Assembly: GCF_033153115.1 (NCBI RefSeq)
Contig: NW_026889750.1
Coordinates: 42,780,001 to 42,844,000 of the forward strand
Direction: 5' to 3'
DNA from: Saccostrea echinata
Lineage: Eukaryota
Length of the DNA stretch: 64,000 nt
The stretch's first letter is position 1. The number at the start of each line of letters is the position of its first letter. Positions 15,301 to 30,158 of this stretch are shown one piece after another. The position numbers and the translations under genes are program-made. Under the pieces are notes generated by a model that had not been told where the DNA came from, ran no database searches, and saw only the letters and a list, made by a program, of their open reading frames with translations.

Positions 15301-18300
15301 TGTGGTTTCCTAATTAAATTATATTTTCATTAATTTATACGTACTTTAGAATTCAGTGGTTAGTTAAGTAAGAGTCAAGCTAGTCAAGACATGCATTTCG
15401 GTAATTCAGAAAGAAATTCAAATATTCCTTTACCTTAAAGAATACAAATGTTGTCGATAAAGCTACTACTCGAGAGTATGCAAATAACAAATAAATATGA
15501 ATTCCTTATGCTTAAAACATTATGATAAGTACTTAAAATGTGCCAGTACATACCTATCCGTAATAGAGATTAAATTCAAGTTAATAGAAAGAAAAAAAGA
15601 GCATTGTCAAGAAGAAGAAAAGAATGGAAAAAGATATTATTTCATTCGGGAATTTCGATCTTTTAAAGCATGCTTAAGCGACAGATTTTGTACGTCACAC
15701 ATTTTATCTTAGGAATTCCTAACAAGGATCATTTAAATAAATTATTTATTCTTTAATAACAACAGTTTATAAAGTTTATACAAATCGTGATTGTTCGTCT
15801 CTTTTGTGTTTCAGTATCGGGCGCAGATGGACATGTCTTGGTTACTTTGTGATTGGCTCCCTGGCTTGTCTGGGCGTGGCGGTATCACAGATGATAGGTA
15901 AGTTAGTTTTTATTATAAATAAATGTAAGTATTTGCTGTGTATATTAACTTTTCAAATACTATCCTAAACACATATACGGAAAAAAAAATCCCGAGCGCA
16001 CCCACTAATATATAGAGACAGACAGACAAATAGACTGGTTTGGTATATATAGATTATTATCAGCAAGGATTTTTGTGTACATTTGTAAGACATACACACA
16101 ATGAAAAGTTTCGCACTTGCTGCAGACATTATAGAAGCTCTTATTGATTCTGTGTTCAGAAGGTCAAAAGGACGTGCTATTAATAGTAACACAGAAACAA
16201 TTGGACATTCAAACTTGCTACAGAGATGCTAGGTGTCTAGAGAATAATCCCACTTCAATGAAAATCTAGGATTTTACAAATATAAGCACACTTTAAATTG
16301 TCCTACTAACTTGATCTTATTTTACTTTTCAATATGCTGACTACAGGGGAACTCTTCAGGTGTCCAAAGGAAGAAACTACTTAATTTAGAATCAGAATAT
16401 CGGTAAACTTAAACAGAAATCATTCGTGAATGCAAAGCAAATGGATATTATTTGAAAGAGATATAATTATTTAAATATTCAGTTAAATGTCTATAGTTCT
16501 GCATGCTTCAAACACAATATAAACAAGTACAAGATTTTTATCAATTATTATAGGGGAATACTTTTAGTATTATTAGCATCGATCGACATTCTTACAAATA
16601 TGTGATTCTTCTTTATTATATATTGCATATATATGTTGATAATTAATTGTCAATATTTTATTTCTAATCAAGTTTCTAATATTTTCAAAGCTCTGAAATA
16701 GGAAATATATTGTGAATGCATATTAGAAGACATAATGCTTCAAACATTTCAGAATTCCGGAGACTTTCCTCAAGGGTCCAACATTTCTGAATTCAACTAT
16801 TGCTTTATTAGCTTCTATAAGGATACCATATGGCACGTATACCACGAATACTGAATAACCAAGATTCTAAAAAACAGTTGATTAGCTTAAACTCTTTGTC
16901 TTTAGATGTGGAAAAAGACCTCCAGAAAAATCTCATTAATGGATTCGCTCTGGCAGCCAAATTTGGTGTTTCTGCTTCCTGGGCCGCCATCATGGCTTTT
17001 ACAACGGAAGTTTATCCCACTGTCGTCAGGTAAAGTACCCGGTTTGAACACACAGCATGTATGATTTTAAGTTCTCCGTGTCACTTTAGTGGACGACTGT
17101 TTTACTTTAGCCCGTTGTTGCTTTGGTGTGAACCGTCCATTTTCTGTGTTCGTAAACTTTTGAAGATTTTTAGCTTCTTCTCCGAAAACGCTGAAGCAAT
17201 TTTTACCAAATTAGGTGCATAACATCTATACTGAAAGGGAAATGAAAATCGTAAATTTCAGTGACCTCTCTCTGGGCAAAATTGTAGCAATCTCAGAAAG
17301 CGTCCTCCTCATTGATCTCTGGAAGACAAACTGTATTCATAAGTAAAGAGTCTTTTATGAGATTTAAAATTCGTGTAGGGGCTCTGGTTCAGGCCCAAGA
17401 GTGGAGTTGATTTGGCCAACAATGAAAAAATTAACATTTTATCTTTAGAATCCCTTGCCTTTATTCCTGGATATCTCTTCTAAGACAAACGGCGTGAACG
17501 GCGACAGTGAACTATGAGCCATACAGCCTGACAACTCGTTCTCGGGCACTTTCTTCTTCTTTTTATTTTGAATATGACAAAAATGCTGAAATACTTTAAT
17601 CAAAATAATTATTTAAAAAAGCTTATCCATATCGTATAGTATTTTGTACATGCATTTGTTGCCCAAATGCCACAGTCATTATGGGTACAGTATCAATTCT
17701 CATTTTTCAGACAGACAGGAATTTCTTTGTGAGATGCCTGATATGCATACGGCAGTTTTTTTTTAAATTCCTTTCATCTTTATGCAAAAGAAACTTTTAC
17801 TTTCATCTTTATGCAAAAGAAACCTTCCAGACATTTCAAACGAAAGGAAAAAAGCGCATACCGGAAATGTCCGAAATTTTGTCCTGTCCGAGTCAGTATA
17901 CCTAAAATGTTAATGTCCCTTTGGTCCAATGTTCAGACCCGAAGGCATGTCAAATTTTATATTGGAAATTTAAAAAAAATTCAATGTATCTTCGGAAAAA
18001 AAGGATATTCAACCCCCCCCCCCCCCCAAAAAAAAAAATTGCTTATGAATCAAAGCAGTGGTTCTAAATTAAGAAATACGCGTTGACAAGGACAAGAGTT
18101 TGGACTCAAGGGTACATGTAATTTAATTATAGGTTGGGAAACGTATGATACTTGTGTGAAATTAAGATCATCGACCTTTTGGTTATATAGAAATTACGAG
18201 ATTAAATGACAGAACTGCTAGTCATGATTAGGCTACGTATAACATGCTCATTTTTTCCCAAAATGACTTGACACAAATTATTGATATTTACATGCCTCAG

Positions 18301-19039
18301 AATTAATTCAGATCTGCAGTTTTTAAGATTACATCTTGTTTCTGTTGACAGGAACATCGGTTATGGAACGCAGAACTCTATTTCACGGGTAGGAGCTCTG
18401 ATAGCTCCACAACTCGTTCTCGTGGTAAGTAAATCAATGACGTCACTTCCTTAGGGATTTTAACTCTCATTGACACTGAAGCTCTACAGTGTTTGATTTT
18501 TTTTCCTGACAATTGCTTATTTTGTTTTTCGTTGTAAACTACTATCTTATTAAAAATCAACTCTGAAAGTCAATTCTGTATACATTGTACAGGGTTATTT
18601 TTGCTTTGTGTTAACTTCGAAATCTTCCTAACATATTTGCAGACAATTTCACTCAGTTTTAAATTCGCCCATACACAATTGCCTTTATAGAGATTTAACT
18701 ATGTTTCGAATTCGCCAACTGACAACGAAGGCGATAGGGGCGAAAACAAAACGGCGGCGAAAATTTCCGAGTAAACAGTGTTCAAAAGTCATTCTTTGAA
18801 AAAAGAAAAAAGAAATAAGCAGCTGTATCTAAGTTAATTCCTTGTACATATGCATGAGTACATGTATGACACTTGTCTATTTTCAGAACAAAGAAACCCC
18901 TGGGGTTATGTACATCATTTGTTTTATTGTGACCTTGGTCTCGGCCATCATGTGTCTCTTGTTGAAAGAAACAAAAGACAAAACGATTGGAGACAATTTG
19001 GAGGTTTCGGTAAAGCGGAAGTCTGACAGTCGTGTGTGA
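12377..19039 (+). CDS. SLC22-family organic cation/anion transporter (MFS), paralog 1; 8 coding exons, 520 aa
   Basis: Exons 12377-12718, 13477-13898, 14111-14341, 14717-14851, 15815-15897, 16906-17029, 18352-18424, 18887-19039, all GT-AG and in phase, total 1563 nt. SLC22 motifs: GGFGKFQ, TIISEWGLICD, LADLLGRKP, VPESFRWL, GNLYLN, IGRR, TTEVYPTVVR, LKETKD. Confidence 0.93.
14838..15192 (+). repeat. ~19-bp minisatellite derived from the exon 4 donor junction (paralog 1)
   Basis: Repeats of CAGTAACYGGTAAGTA(CCT/TT) beginning inside the exon end. Confidence 0.85.
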
Positions 19040-19504
19040 TATAGTGGAATTATGGGATCACAGAACGAGATGAGCACGTGATTCACGATCTGAGCATTGG
19101 GACGCAGCAATGACAATAGCGCATTATACAACATTGGTGCAAAAGCACTTCTTAACAACATTTGAAAACATGTGTACCTCTGATAATTCTGGACGTTTTA
19201 CTTTCTATGTGAAATGTGAAGATGTATGTGAAAGCAATGAACAAATTTTACAATTACGTACATAATCCGTAAACCAAATAATTACATTATCTGTCAAAAT
19301 ACAATTTACTTATCTGGCAACTATATATCATTCACAGAGGTCACTACATTCAGATTCAAATAAATATATATAATTTCATACGACATACTATGAATACAGA
19401 TGTTTTATAAAAAAAAGATATTTAACTAATTACTGGTATTGTTTTCACTGTGTGTTCTAGGATGTAAAAGAAGTAAATTGGATCTTATCTATATAGGTAT
19501 CCTG

Positions 19505-19880
19505 TAGGGATGGGTATCGGCAGAAATTTCGTATCGTGATATATCACGATTTTCCCCCAAAAATATCACGATAAATCGTGATATTTTTACATACAATTTT
19601 TACTACAATTTCATATGAATTTCCATAATATTTCCTAAAAATATGCTATAAAAGCATAACTTTACTGTTTAAATATTTATGTATTTAATATAAAGAATGT
19701 TTGGATGCAAATGTTTAACTGTTTTCAACATTTTTTACACTTCCTGTAATTGCCATTCAATAGATTGAACAAACAAATGAATATTTATAGTTATGTACCA
19801 AATAGTCTTCGTATCACGATACGTATCACGCAATAAAAAATCCTGATATACCGGTATACCGATAAAATCGCGCATCCCTA
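19505..19880. mobile_element. hAT-type MITE
   Basis: TAGGGATG...CATCCCTA ends; 8-bp TSD GTATCCTG/GTATCCAG; subterminal ATCACGAT repeats. Confidence 0.8.
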
Positions 19881-22800
19881 GTATCCAGTACGTGTAAATG
19901 GAAACCTCAGGTGGTGAACTGATTCCAACATACTTATTGATGGAAGTTGACTGTTGCAATGTGTTTGAGTAAAACTCTATATAGAAATACATATATAAGT
20001 AATATGTCGGAATTTTTCGCTTTATGGAAAGAAACGATGGGATATTAACATGTCAAAATACCCAAGGATATAAACTGCATTCACACGGCCAGTTCTACTC
20101 GGTCGAATATAAATTGACCTCGATCTGTATATGCTGTAAGCTAAATATAGCTCCAATGCTACCATTTAACAAATGTAGTCACAGTATGCACTCTGTAGTG
20201 CTATATCATAAAAGTATTCCCCATTCTGTAAATGATGTACGAAGAACAAGATTTGATAGTGTATAACAAAATAACGTATTAACCAGATACATAATAAATG
20301 TTTATAAGTCGTAAATATGTGGCTTGCGCAGTGTTGTAAGCTCAGGCATGTTGCTAAGGGTAAAGGACAAACTGTTGGGGATAAGCCTGTTAATTAATAC
20401 AACGTGGCCATTTACTTGCCCCTCTAGGCGTTCACATCAGAATTAATATATAGTTAAAAGGCTTTTGCTTGTAACTACGCGGGAAATTAACAAGAGGCCT
20501 GTTATGCTCACCTGAGTCAATCTGAAAAGAATGTTACCAAGTCCTGGCCGAGGATCAGGAAGCAGTTTTAGACTTAAGTCAAAATTTCACTCATTCATAA
20601 AACATGTTAAAAGAAAATATTAACAACATGAAAGGAAATCAATTCTTGATAACATTTAAAATTTTATGCGTTTGCTATAATAAACTATTATGACAAATGA
20701 ATGTACAAAATCTGACTTCAGTCTAAAAATGCTTGATTATTCTGGCCCCGAGATCATGAAACATCTTAAGCTTAAGTCAAAATCTTTATGTTGTATTAAA
20801 ATGTTGTAGATGTCAAGCAGACTAAAATTGGAATATTCTTCAACATTGCTTCACAAAAGTCTTATTATCTGCAAATTTAGGTAATTTCTATTAATCATTA
20901 AGCACCTAATCCCATCTCCGTTTTCAGAGATCTGTGTAGGCTCTGCTGTTTAAACGGACTTTTGAGAATGACCCTTGTTTGTTATCTTCACATTTCATAT
21001 TTTGACTGGATCTTTTTAACCGTATTGATGGATATGCGGTAATGCTGTAATAATTTTTGGAGAGCTTTAGTCAGAACCCACGGTATCAAAGTCATCGCCT
21101 TTTGCATTATATCTCAAATACATTGATCTTCAAACAAGGCTCAATCAATGAAGTATTATCCCCTAGTCCTTCCTGTTTTGAAATTAAACTAGTGTATTGA
21201 GACAGCGGTGATTTCTTTTGTTTGAGGGATCGACGAATTAAAGAAATCAATTTCTAATAAGAAATAGAAATGAATATACTTTTCCACTTAAATTTGAGTT
21301 TTATGTCCATTCATGGTTAAGTGGTTGCTAAGAAAATGTGTTTCACGTCAATTTAGGACGACACACTCGGCTGGTAACTCTTAAATTTCGTAAATTGATC
21401 TTGAATTTACATTTTGACATTTATTCCATTTAATCCCACCAGCATATCATTTAAGGGTGCTACTGAATTCTTCCCCTATATTGAATTAGGTATAGTTTGT
21501 CATTAAAGAGGAATGATATTGTTGCTTAGGCCAAAGCAATTCCTACGAAAGTAATATTATATGTAAATGTTTAACTTTTTAAGGAGAAGGAAAATTCAAA
21601 GTGTGACAGACTAAATAAAATGGCCGCCACTGTAGAAATGGATCTCATTGTTCTTGGTTTTCCGTTTTTTGACATCAGTAATGTAATGTCTTTAGCACAT
21701 GTTCGGGTCACATTCGGACGGATGATCTCTGGAAATCTCCCTCGTTCGCTTGACGGGGATAACAACATTATAGGATTCAAAGATTACATATATTTTGATA
21801 GAACTTTGAAAAAAATCTACCATTAAGGTATCTTTCAAGGCGTCTGTATCCAATCTGACTAAAAATGGTTAAGGTGTTTTAAATTTGTTTTTAATGTTTC
21901 TTTCAATATAAAAATTTGTTATCTTCAAAATGGAAGCGTTATATATATCAAAGAACCAAAGGTTCGATAAAAAGAGAAAGAATAGGACAGAAGATAAGAA
22001 TACCAATGTGTCCTTTCTCTTCGTACAAGATCGGCAGTTACATGAAATTTTGGAAAATTTAACATAGAAAAAGGAAAAATAATAAAGAATCAAACAACGG
22101 AAAAATGTGCGTACAATCTATTCGTCATGTAGAGAAATTGTTAATTATAAAAGCATTGTGTTTTCTGACTAGAATATATTTTTCTCTCTCTGTCTCATTC
22201 TCACTCACTATAAACACTCCAAAAACTAACCTTTTTTTTTTTCTTTCCATGTATTGAGAGAAATACTCTTTAATATCCTAATATTTTGAATCTTAAATCA
22301 AGGATGACTTATCCAAGTTTAATTGAAAAGGGTTCAGTAGTTTAAGAAATGATGAAAAACTGCAGATGTAGATATGCTGAAAAACAGAGGAGCAGACAGG
22401 TGCCCGATGTATTCCCTTTACCAATAAGTCGATTGGTCCTCTGATCCAGGCGAGCTAATATATTGTAGTGATGGTGAAAAAGAATTATTCTTCCCTATGT
22501 CCGCCACATAAAATACTGAACCACTAACAAAAATGTCGATACTTACAAAACTGTAGTGTTTAATTAAATGTACTTAATTAATACACATAGAATGCTGATA
22601 GGACGTAAGAACAAGAACGAGAGACAAGCCTCAAGGTCAATTATGAAACGTCAATTGGAGGAGGAAGCAAAATGTTAAAAAAAAAAATACAGTAGAGGGT
22701 TTGCATCGATTAAAAATGTCAACACAAGAATATGAAAGCTAGAGGAAAGTCATTAGAGTATTGTGAACAATACATATATTTTAGAGTCTCTGTGCGGGGT

Positions 22801-23520
22801 TTTCAAGGCTGTTTTGAATGAAAGAATTTGAGGGACTCTGCCCGGAGTTTTCAAGGTTATTTTTAAATGAAAGAAACAGGTCTACACAGGATGCATTTTT
22901 AAAACGCAATCGGGACATACCTCGTGTAGAAATAGTTATTTGTGGCAAATCCAGATGCCCCTGTATTTCAAGTAGAACTTATGAATTCTGAAAGTTCTGG
23001 AAAAACAATTAATATCCCAGAGGATATTGCTATAATGCGCCGTAATGTTATACTCTTCACGAAATCTCAAAGCGTGTCGGGGCGACCAGGGCCTGGATCC
23101 GCCCATGCCTTACATACGTGATATTATAAGCAATCCGTGTCAGGCATATACTATTATTTACATCTGTGTATGAAAAACCTCACGACCTCATGTGCCCCCA
23201 TTTCTCTTATTTGTATCTAGCTGGCTACCTCGTGTCACAAAAGACTCTCTAAAACATGTTAAACAAAAAATTGACTCGGTAGAGTAAATGGGGTTAGTTA
23301 CACAACTTTAGAGTTACGCAAGCTGTGTAGTCAGAGGATTTGCATTCTGCATTTGAGGAATTAGTATAAAGCAGGTAAGCTCTTTTATAATACATTTAAG
23401 TTAATATCAATCTTATATTAACTTCATTATCCTAAGCTTTTAATATGCTGATTAGCAGATTAGTAAATTGCAAAGATACCGGTCGACGGATAATTGGTAT
23501 TAAAGTACCATCGTTGTTAG

Positions 23521-23523
<3 letters not shown>

Positions 23524-23595
<72 letters not shown>
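23524..23595. repeat. (TA)n microsatellite
   Basis: About 35 perfect TA units. Confidence 0.95.
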
Positions 23596-23601
<6 letters not shown>

Positions 23602-26186
23602 TGTTTAACGTAGTTTTACTCGAATCTATGTATGTTACGTCACATCCAGCAGCGATGTAAAACGCTGCTTGATTCCAGCCCGTTACTATGTAACCGAATC
23701 TTATGTGAAATCGACGACCCAGTTTACGGTAATGGAAAAAGGAACATCAAATATTGATACTTTATTCATTCAATGATGCATTTTTATAAGGTTCAAATAA
23801 AAGTTATTTGAGGTGAACACCTCGACGCCCAGGTATAGAAAAACTGAATGGCAATTCTCGCTTCGATTTTTTTTCTCTCCCTGCGCTCAGCTTTCTCAGG
23901 TATCATCTTAAATTTCTGCGCCTGACAAAAATGTGTTTACTCGTCATATATTCCCAGTATAATTTCATTTTATGAAATAAGAAATACAATATAGCTATCG
24001 CCATGTTTATTACTAGTGTCCGATTAACTGAAATTCTCTGCATCGGGAAATTATCCTTGAACTTCGCATCCTTGTTTAACAATTTGAAATTTATTGTTCT
24101 GTCAATTCATGATGGAATCGTTTTTTCACGAATGATTTTCCAATTGTTTTACTATATGCACGGACAGAATTGCGGAACAAGAATTCAATGCGCGAAGACG
24201 GATAAGATCTTGCTTTGGACACGGATGATGTTTGACAAGTGAAAGGAAATAAGAAGCATCGGAATGTGTTAAGTTTTTTGTGGCTGATTAAAGGGGGCAT
24301 ACCTGACAACTTCTTAGTTAACTCATATGCTAGGGGGAAAAGTAATACTTTTATAGTATAGTATTTAGCACTGTGTATGGCGACGTTAATGTCATTATAT
24401 TCTGAACCGATTCTATACACGGCGTGCAATTTAAAGAAATCGTTTTGTAAGGATCAAAATTAGCATGAATGATTCTTTTCTATGTTTTCATAAAAGTATA
24501 CGGTCACATCACGTATACTACAAAATTCGCTGTGCGATCTCTTAGGAACTGGTAGGGGAGAGGGGAGGGGAGGGCAATAACGTCTCTCCAAACAAAAATG
24601 CTTGGTTGTGCCCCAAAACTGATATTGCTTCCTACAGGCCTGTCAAGCGTCCGATTTAAGCTGATGTTTGTGTAAATATTTTTCAGTTCATCTATTCAGA
24701 AAATAGTATTTTTAGCAAAAATCAATTTAGTAATTAAAGCTATTGTTTTTAAATGCAACTTTAATGACTAACTTGTCGCGTTGCAGTTATGAAAACCCAC
24801 ACAATATAGAACAGCTAATGCGCTTACAGAAACAAAACATTTTACACAAGTTCAATCGATGAAATTTCGTAAACTCATTACTGGATGCATATGTTCCAGC
24901 TCTATGAAGAAAAATTCATAACTCGGATGTTTTGGCGTTTTGTAGTTTAAAAATTGACTTTCAGTATCACACGAGCTCCCTGTATCTTTATATAAGATGA
25001 CCAGAATGCTTTTGCTCACATTTTTGTTACAATATTCATCTAATTGCTTCAGCTGTTGTCAAGTTATTCCCCGAGTCACTAGATCAATATTTATTGTGAT
25101 ACATTATTTGAATGTGGCTGATGAATTTATAAACAGTGTATAAGCGTGTACGATAACTAGTGTTGTTCAGGTTCAAGGCTTAAAAAGAAGGATATATATA
25201 TATATATAATATATATTTATATCTATATCTGCATACTCTGTGTAAAATGCATAAGAAAAAATGTCAAGAAATAAAAATATTCATATACATTAAACCAAAT
25301 TGTCATAGCTCAGCTACACAGAGTAAATGAGTAAATATTTGATTCAGTGGCATCAAAACCACATCCTTTTGCGCCCCTGGGAACTTGGGACCCTATGCAA
25401 ATTTCATAAAACCATAACTGCGCATCCATACAGCACGAAAGTGACGATCAATTGACAAAGAATGTTACGCTTAAGTAGGTATATTTACATACACATTTGT
25501 AATTCATTTGATATACAGTTTTGTAGCTGTATCTAATAAAATCTATAAAATTTACGAATTGGATGAACTCAAAGGCGACATATGTATGCCATTAATTTGC
25601 ACTTGAATATTAAATTATGAGTATATATTCCTCTTCAAACTTCTTTGTTAAAATTTCAATTAACAATTCAATACAACTCAAAACAATGTTCAGTCAGTGA
25701 ATACATTGAAATGTATTTTCATTCACACAATCTTTCTATCATATCTTGCTGTAAATTTTGATATTACGTCTATCATAATTTTTTTAAATGATAAAAATTT
25801 GCAAGGTAAACATGTAATTACAGAATTACTAGTATAAGATTTTATTTTATTTACATCACCCAGATTATTTCAAAAGTTTTACGAGTTATTAATGTATGTG
25901 CTTATATCTAGAGATACTTAACCAACCCCCCACCCCCGTCTTCAGATAAGCCTATCACCAAGAAATAGTGACCTTGGAAGATTTTATCGCGTACCAAAAA
26001 ACCCTTAATTACCCATAATCACATTATCTGCCTGCTGGCTTAAACCTTGCCATGGATTACATTATGAATCTATTAATAAAAAGGGGGAAATGTATTATAC
26101 TGTATTTTTTATGATATACAAGGTTGTACTCGTCTATTCTAAAAGATGCCATGATTTCCAAGAAAATCCACTTTTTAACTATTTAA

Positions 26187-26502
26187 GGTCAGACGATACG
26201 TTCCTCAAATATCTGTTTTGTATACCTTCGAATTATGTGGAAAATATTCAAAATTTTAATAACCTTCTGATTTCTAAACTGATTTCTAATTGTCTTTAAA
26301 AAAATGAAACACCAAAAAATGTGTTATTGGCTAATTGAGTTTTTTCCAAAAGGATTTTATAGGAAAAACATCCTCTGGTATCTTGCACAAATGCCTGGTA
26401 AGGTACCTTAATTTTTTGCGAGTAAACATGTTAAAGTAGCAATACTTCAATGACAAAATCTTAGAAAAAATTAAATATTATTGAGGAACGTATCGTCTGT
26501 CC
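26187..26502. mobile_element. Kolobok-like MITE (TTAA TSD)
   Basis: TIR GGWCAGACGATACGTTCCTCAA; TTAA on both sides. Confidence 0.8.
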
Positions 26503-27054
26503 TTAAGTAAATCCAGTGCTTATCTTTTTTTTTGTAGATATGAAGGTAACCATGTCAATATATATAAAAAAAAATAATAATAATTCTTTTAATTTTGAAT
26601 TGACGTTCTCCAAATGCAATTGTGACACGATAGCGGTGTTTTTCTTTGAAGTTTGCTGTTCTGTATTTAGCAATACAGAACTGGACTACACAGTGGACGG
26701 AGCTACTTTCCGTTCTGTATTAGCCCTATATACTGTCTTGTATTAGCCAACTAGCACGGTCTAAAAATACATCTGATTCAATTTTATGAAAAACACGTAC
26801 AAATAGTAAATTTCCTATTATAAATTTTGGAGAAACATTTCCCTAGCAATGTAAAAATGTCAAAATTTCTCAATCACTTTTAAAAAAATTATTCCACACA
26901 GAATCTACACGTTATTTCGATCCAAACGAAAAGGAAAATTCGCAGTTATGGACAACATCCTATGTTGGATAAATTCCTGAAAACCTGTTTGCTTTCCCTC
27001 CTTTTTGTTGGGTCCCCTTCAAAATAGTAAAGCCAATGGGTTCACGGATGCAGC

Positions 27055-27150
27055 CATCGTCGATAACCCACGGGTGATTCACATCGATTCTCTCTATCAT
27101 CACCCGGTTTGAGGTAGCTTGTGAACTCAAAACCGTGGTTTGCGACGATG
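27055..27150. mobile_element. 96-bp MITE of the same TIR family with 9-bp TSD
   Basis: CATCGTCG...CCACGG / CCGTGGTTTGCGACGATG; TSD GGATGCAGC. Confidence 0.8.
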
Positions 27151-28576
27151 GGATGCAGCATACATTAGGTGAAATTCGCACCCCCCCCCCATTTTCCACT
27201 CTTCTTGTGCAAACTCATTCATTTTAGCGATTTTTTCATCTTAAATCCTTATCGCTGACGACTGCCGCACATCATTTTCATTTCGTTTTCAATAAGAAAA
27301 TAAAAATCCGTGACATCAAAGTCCATCGAAGAACTGTCTGTATCGCCGAAGATTTTAAGACCCCTGAAATAAATTAGGATCAATCTCCATCTACAACAAG
27401 GTTAAATTGTCCACCTTATCAATTAAGACTGACTTCAAGTCAATTACGTCTACCCCGTTGTCAAAACTAATCTGACTGAATCTTACATTGTCCTTGGAAA
27501 TATATATACTGCGGATGCATATTTCCCGCTGATGCATATTCCCCGTCGAGGCCTCATCTACAGAGAGAACAAAGGAACCCGGGGGGAAGTTTAGATGCTC
27601 CACAGCTATAAAGTGGGTGGTGCTTTTTCTTGATTGATCGTGTCACAAATCATTTAAAGAACTCGACTGGTTCTGTATCGTAGATACAAATGGGGGCGGA
27701 GACTCGTGCTACGCACTCGTCCACCCCCAAATTTATATATATCTACGATGCATAACTCGTCTCGTTCTCTAAAATAATACTTCAAAGGTTACTGATTACA
27801 TCAAACACATACAAATATTTGATGTTTGATGTGTAATTAGGAAAGACGTTATGAGAAATCGCCATTTAACCAGTCAAACATACTGGGCGTAATTGTTAAT
27901 CATAATGGGAAAATTAATGAAATCTGGACACTTATCGGGTCAAGAGGAAGGCATTTTGATTTAACTATAGTTGAAGTTTCAATATTGATATAGTAGCATG
28001 AACGCAGGTAAAAAGTTATGTGTATAAAGCTTTATATTTTATAAATGTCCAAGTATGGAGAAATTACGTGAAATATAGAGCATTTATTAAAGACTCGCCC
28101 TCCGCTTGAAAAGCGGGGGGGGGGGGGGTGTTATAGTGATGGGGTGTTCGTCCTTCCTTACGTCTACGTCCCGCTGTAAACTTGGGGTACCTATATCCAG
28201 GCTTTACATGTATGTAACCTCTAAAATTTAGGCGCCGACTGGCTCCTAATCAAAAAATACTAGTCGCCAATGCATATTTTTAGTAGCCTGGTAAATATTC
28301 TTAAGCATTAATTTAAAAACTGATATTAGTCAATATATAGAGACAAGTCCATTCCTAACCTTTAAACTCCTTTTCTGCTCTTAATGAAAATGTTTATATC
28401 TCAGTAATTTGACGATCGGACAGATATTGGGGTTTCCCATGGAAAAACTTGGACACTGCATGCCATTCTTTCTATAATATTAGGGATATCCTTCTCTTAT
28501 CTGCATGCAACTCTTCCTATATCAACGAATAAAATTTAATCAGACTTTCACAGAATCTTTACTACAAATTGCGATC

Positions 28577-28657
28577 CATCGTCGCAAGCCACGGGTTTTG
28601 TGTCCATTCTATTTTGTGGAAATAGAATGGACACAAAATCCGTGGCTTGCGACGATG
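28577..28657. mobile_element. 81-bp palindromic MITE with 9-bp TSD
   Basis: CATCGTCGCAAGCCACGG...CCGTGGCTTGCGACGATG; TSD ATTGCGATC. Confidence 0.85.
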
Positions 28658-29033
28658 ATTGCGATCGTGTACCACCTATTTTCTGATCGGACTGATACTT
28701 GGGCTTTCCCATAACAATAAATGGAAAATTAAATTATAAGGAATAGATTTAATAGCTACCCAAGTTATACTTGTATAACCTGGGTTGGAACAGTTTACGT
28801 TTTTTTATAAACCGCTTGGTGAATAGTTGATAACGTGTAACACCTGGCAAGTGGAAGAGAAGTGCACATAGATAATAGTACAGCGATGTTTGTACAAGAT
28901 ATGTAACATACATTTGGTTTTAGAGAACAGGGGGAAAATGCACGTTAAAAAAATACACACACATTGTCAAAACAGAGATTCTGTTCTACGAGATGTTCAT
29001 CCGATTTTCTTGATGCAATTAAATGAAAGGAGT

Positions 29034-29077
<44 letters not shown>

Positions 29078-29119
29078 CATTTAATTCAAAAATAGAAAGA
29101 TCTTCAAACAAGTACTTCT

Positions 29120-29503
29120 TATATGAGTTAAGCTGTCATAATTGAATAATTTAATTTTGATTGTAACACGCCATTTGATTGGATAGAAAAATTCGTTTAT
29201 ATCGTATAACCTTGCCTACGTCAAAATGACTGACGTCAAAAACGTATCAATCCGCTTGAAGTTACATTTAAAATCTGAAGAACTTGAAGGCCTTTTTGAA
29301 GGGAAAATTGTCTTATTTTTTCATTTTATAATAGAAAATTAAATTATAAGGAATAGATTTAATAGCTACCTAAGTTATACTTGTATAACCTGGGTTGGAA
29401 CAGTTTATGCTTTTTTATAAACCGCTTCGCGGTATATAAAGCGTAAACTGCCCCAACCCACTTTATACCGTATAAATTGGGTAGCTATTAAATTCATTCC
29501 TTA
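29120..29503 (+). mobile_element. Terminal-hairpin element (Crypton-like non-autonomous)
   Basis: ~157-bp hairpin 29347-29503 with apex CGCTTCGCG. Second copy at 44626-44960 and a partial copy at 28724-28817. Confidence 0.6.
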
Positions 29504-30158
29504 AATAATAATTATCTTCACGGATCCAAGATTTTCAGTATAGGAGGCATAAAAAAAGGAATATGTGTTTAGCTGTTTTGATATGTACAGACAAAGTAAA
29601 GTATGAGCAAAATGCATGAACCTTTAACTTTTTACTCAGAGATTTTATTTCTGCTTTTCGGCAAAAAGAGGGATTTTGGGAAATACACTTAATTCTACGC
29701 CGGAATTAACCTTTAGACGATAGGTGCAATATATGAATACATTGAATCTTTCCACCAACAGCCAAACGTAAGTGAAACGAGGACACAAGTGTAGCAATTT
29801 GATTGGTTAATAAACAAAGAAGCATAGAAGTGTTTTCGTCATTATGTGGACCAATGAAAATTGCAAAGATGTTCAATTTGCCAATACTTTTCACTTCGTT
29901 AAAATTATATACATGTGTTAGGTTCTTATTTGATTTATTACTGTTAATTAGAATATTTGATTGTTAGAAGAGACGTTAAGTTTCCTGTATGTAATAGGCA
30001 TACATGTACGTTAATGGCTTCTGGGTTATTTTGGTATCATTACCATCGCAGAACCATATATTATTTCTTTGCCGACAGACTTACGAATTAGCAAAATAAC
30101 AATTTAACATGCAAAGAGAAAATTTTTTCCTGCAGATTTTTTACAAGCCGAACCCGAC

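Noticed and set aside
10270-23380. Upstream non-coding exons of the SLC22 genes (donor-like sites near 10284, 11090 and 23374)
   Set aside because: Acceptors just before both ATGs imply that such exons exist, but their positions cannot be fixed without transcript data.
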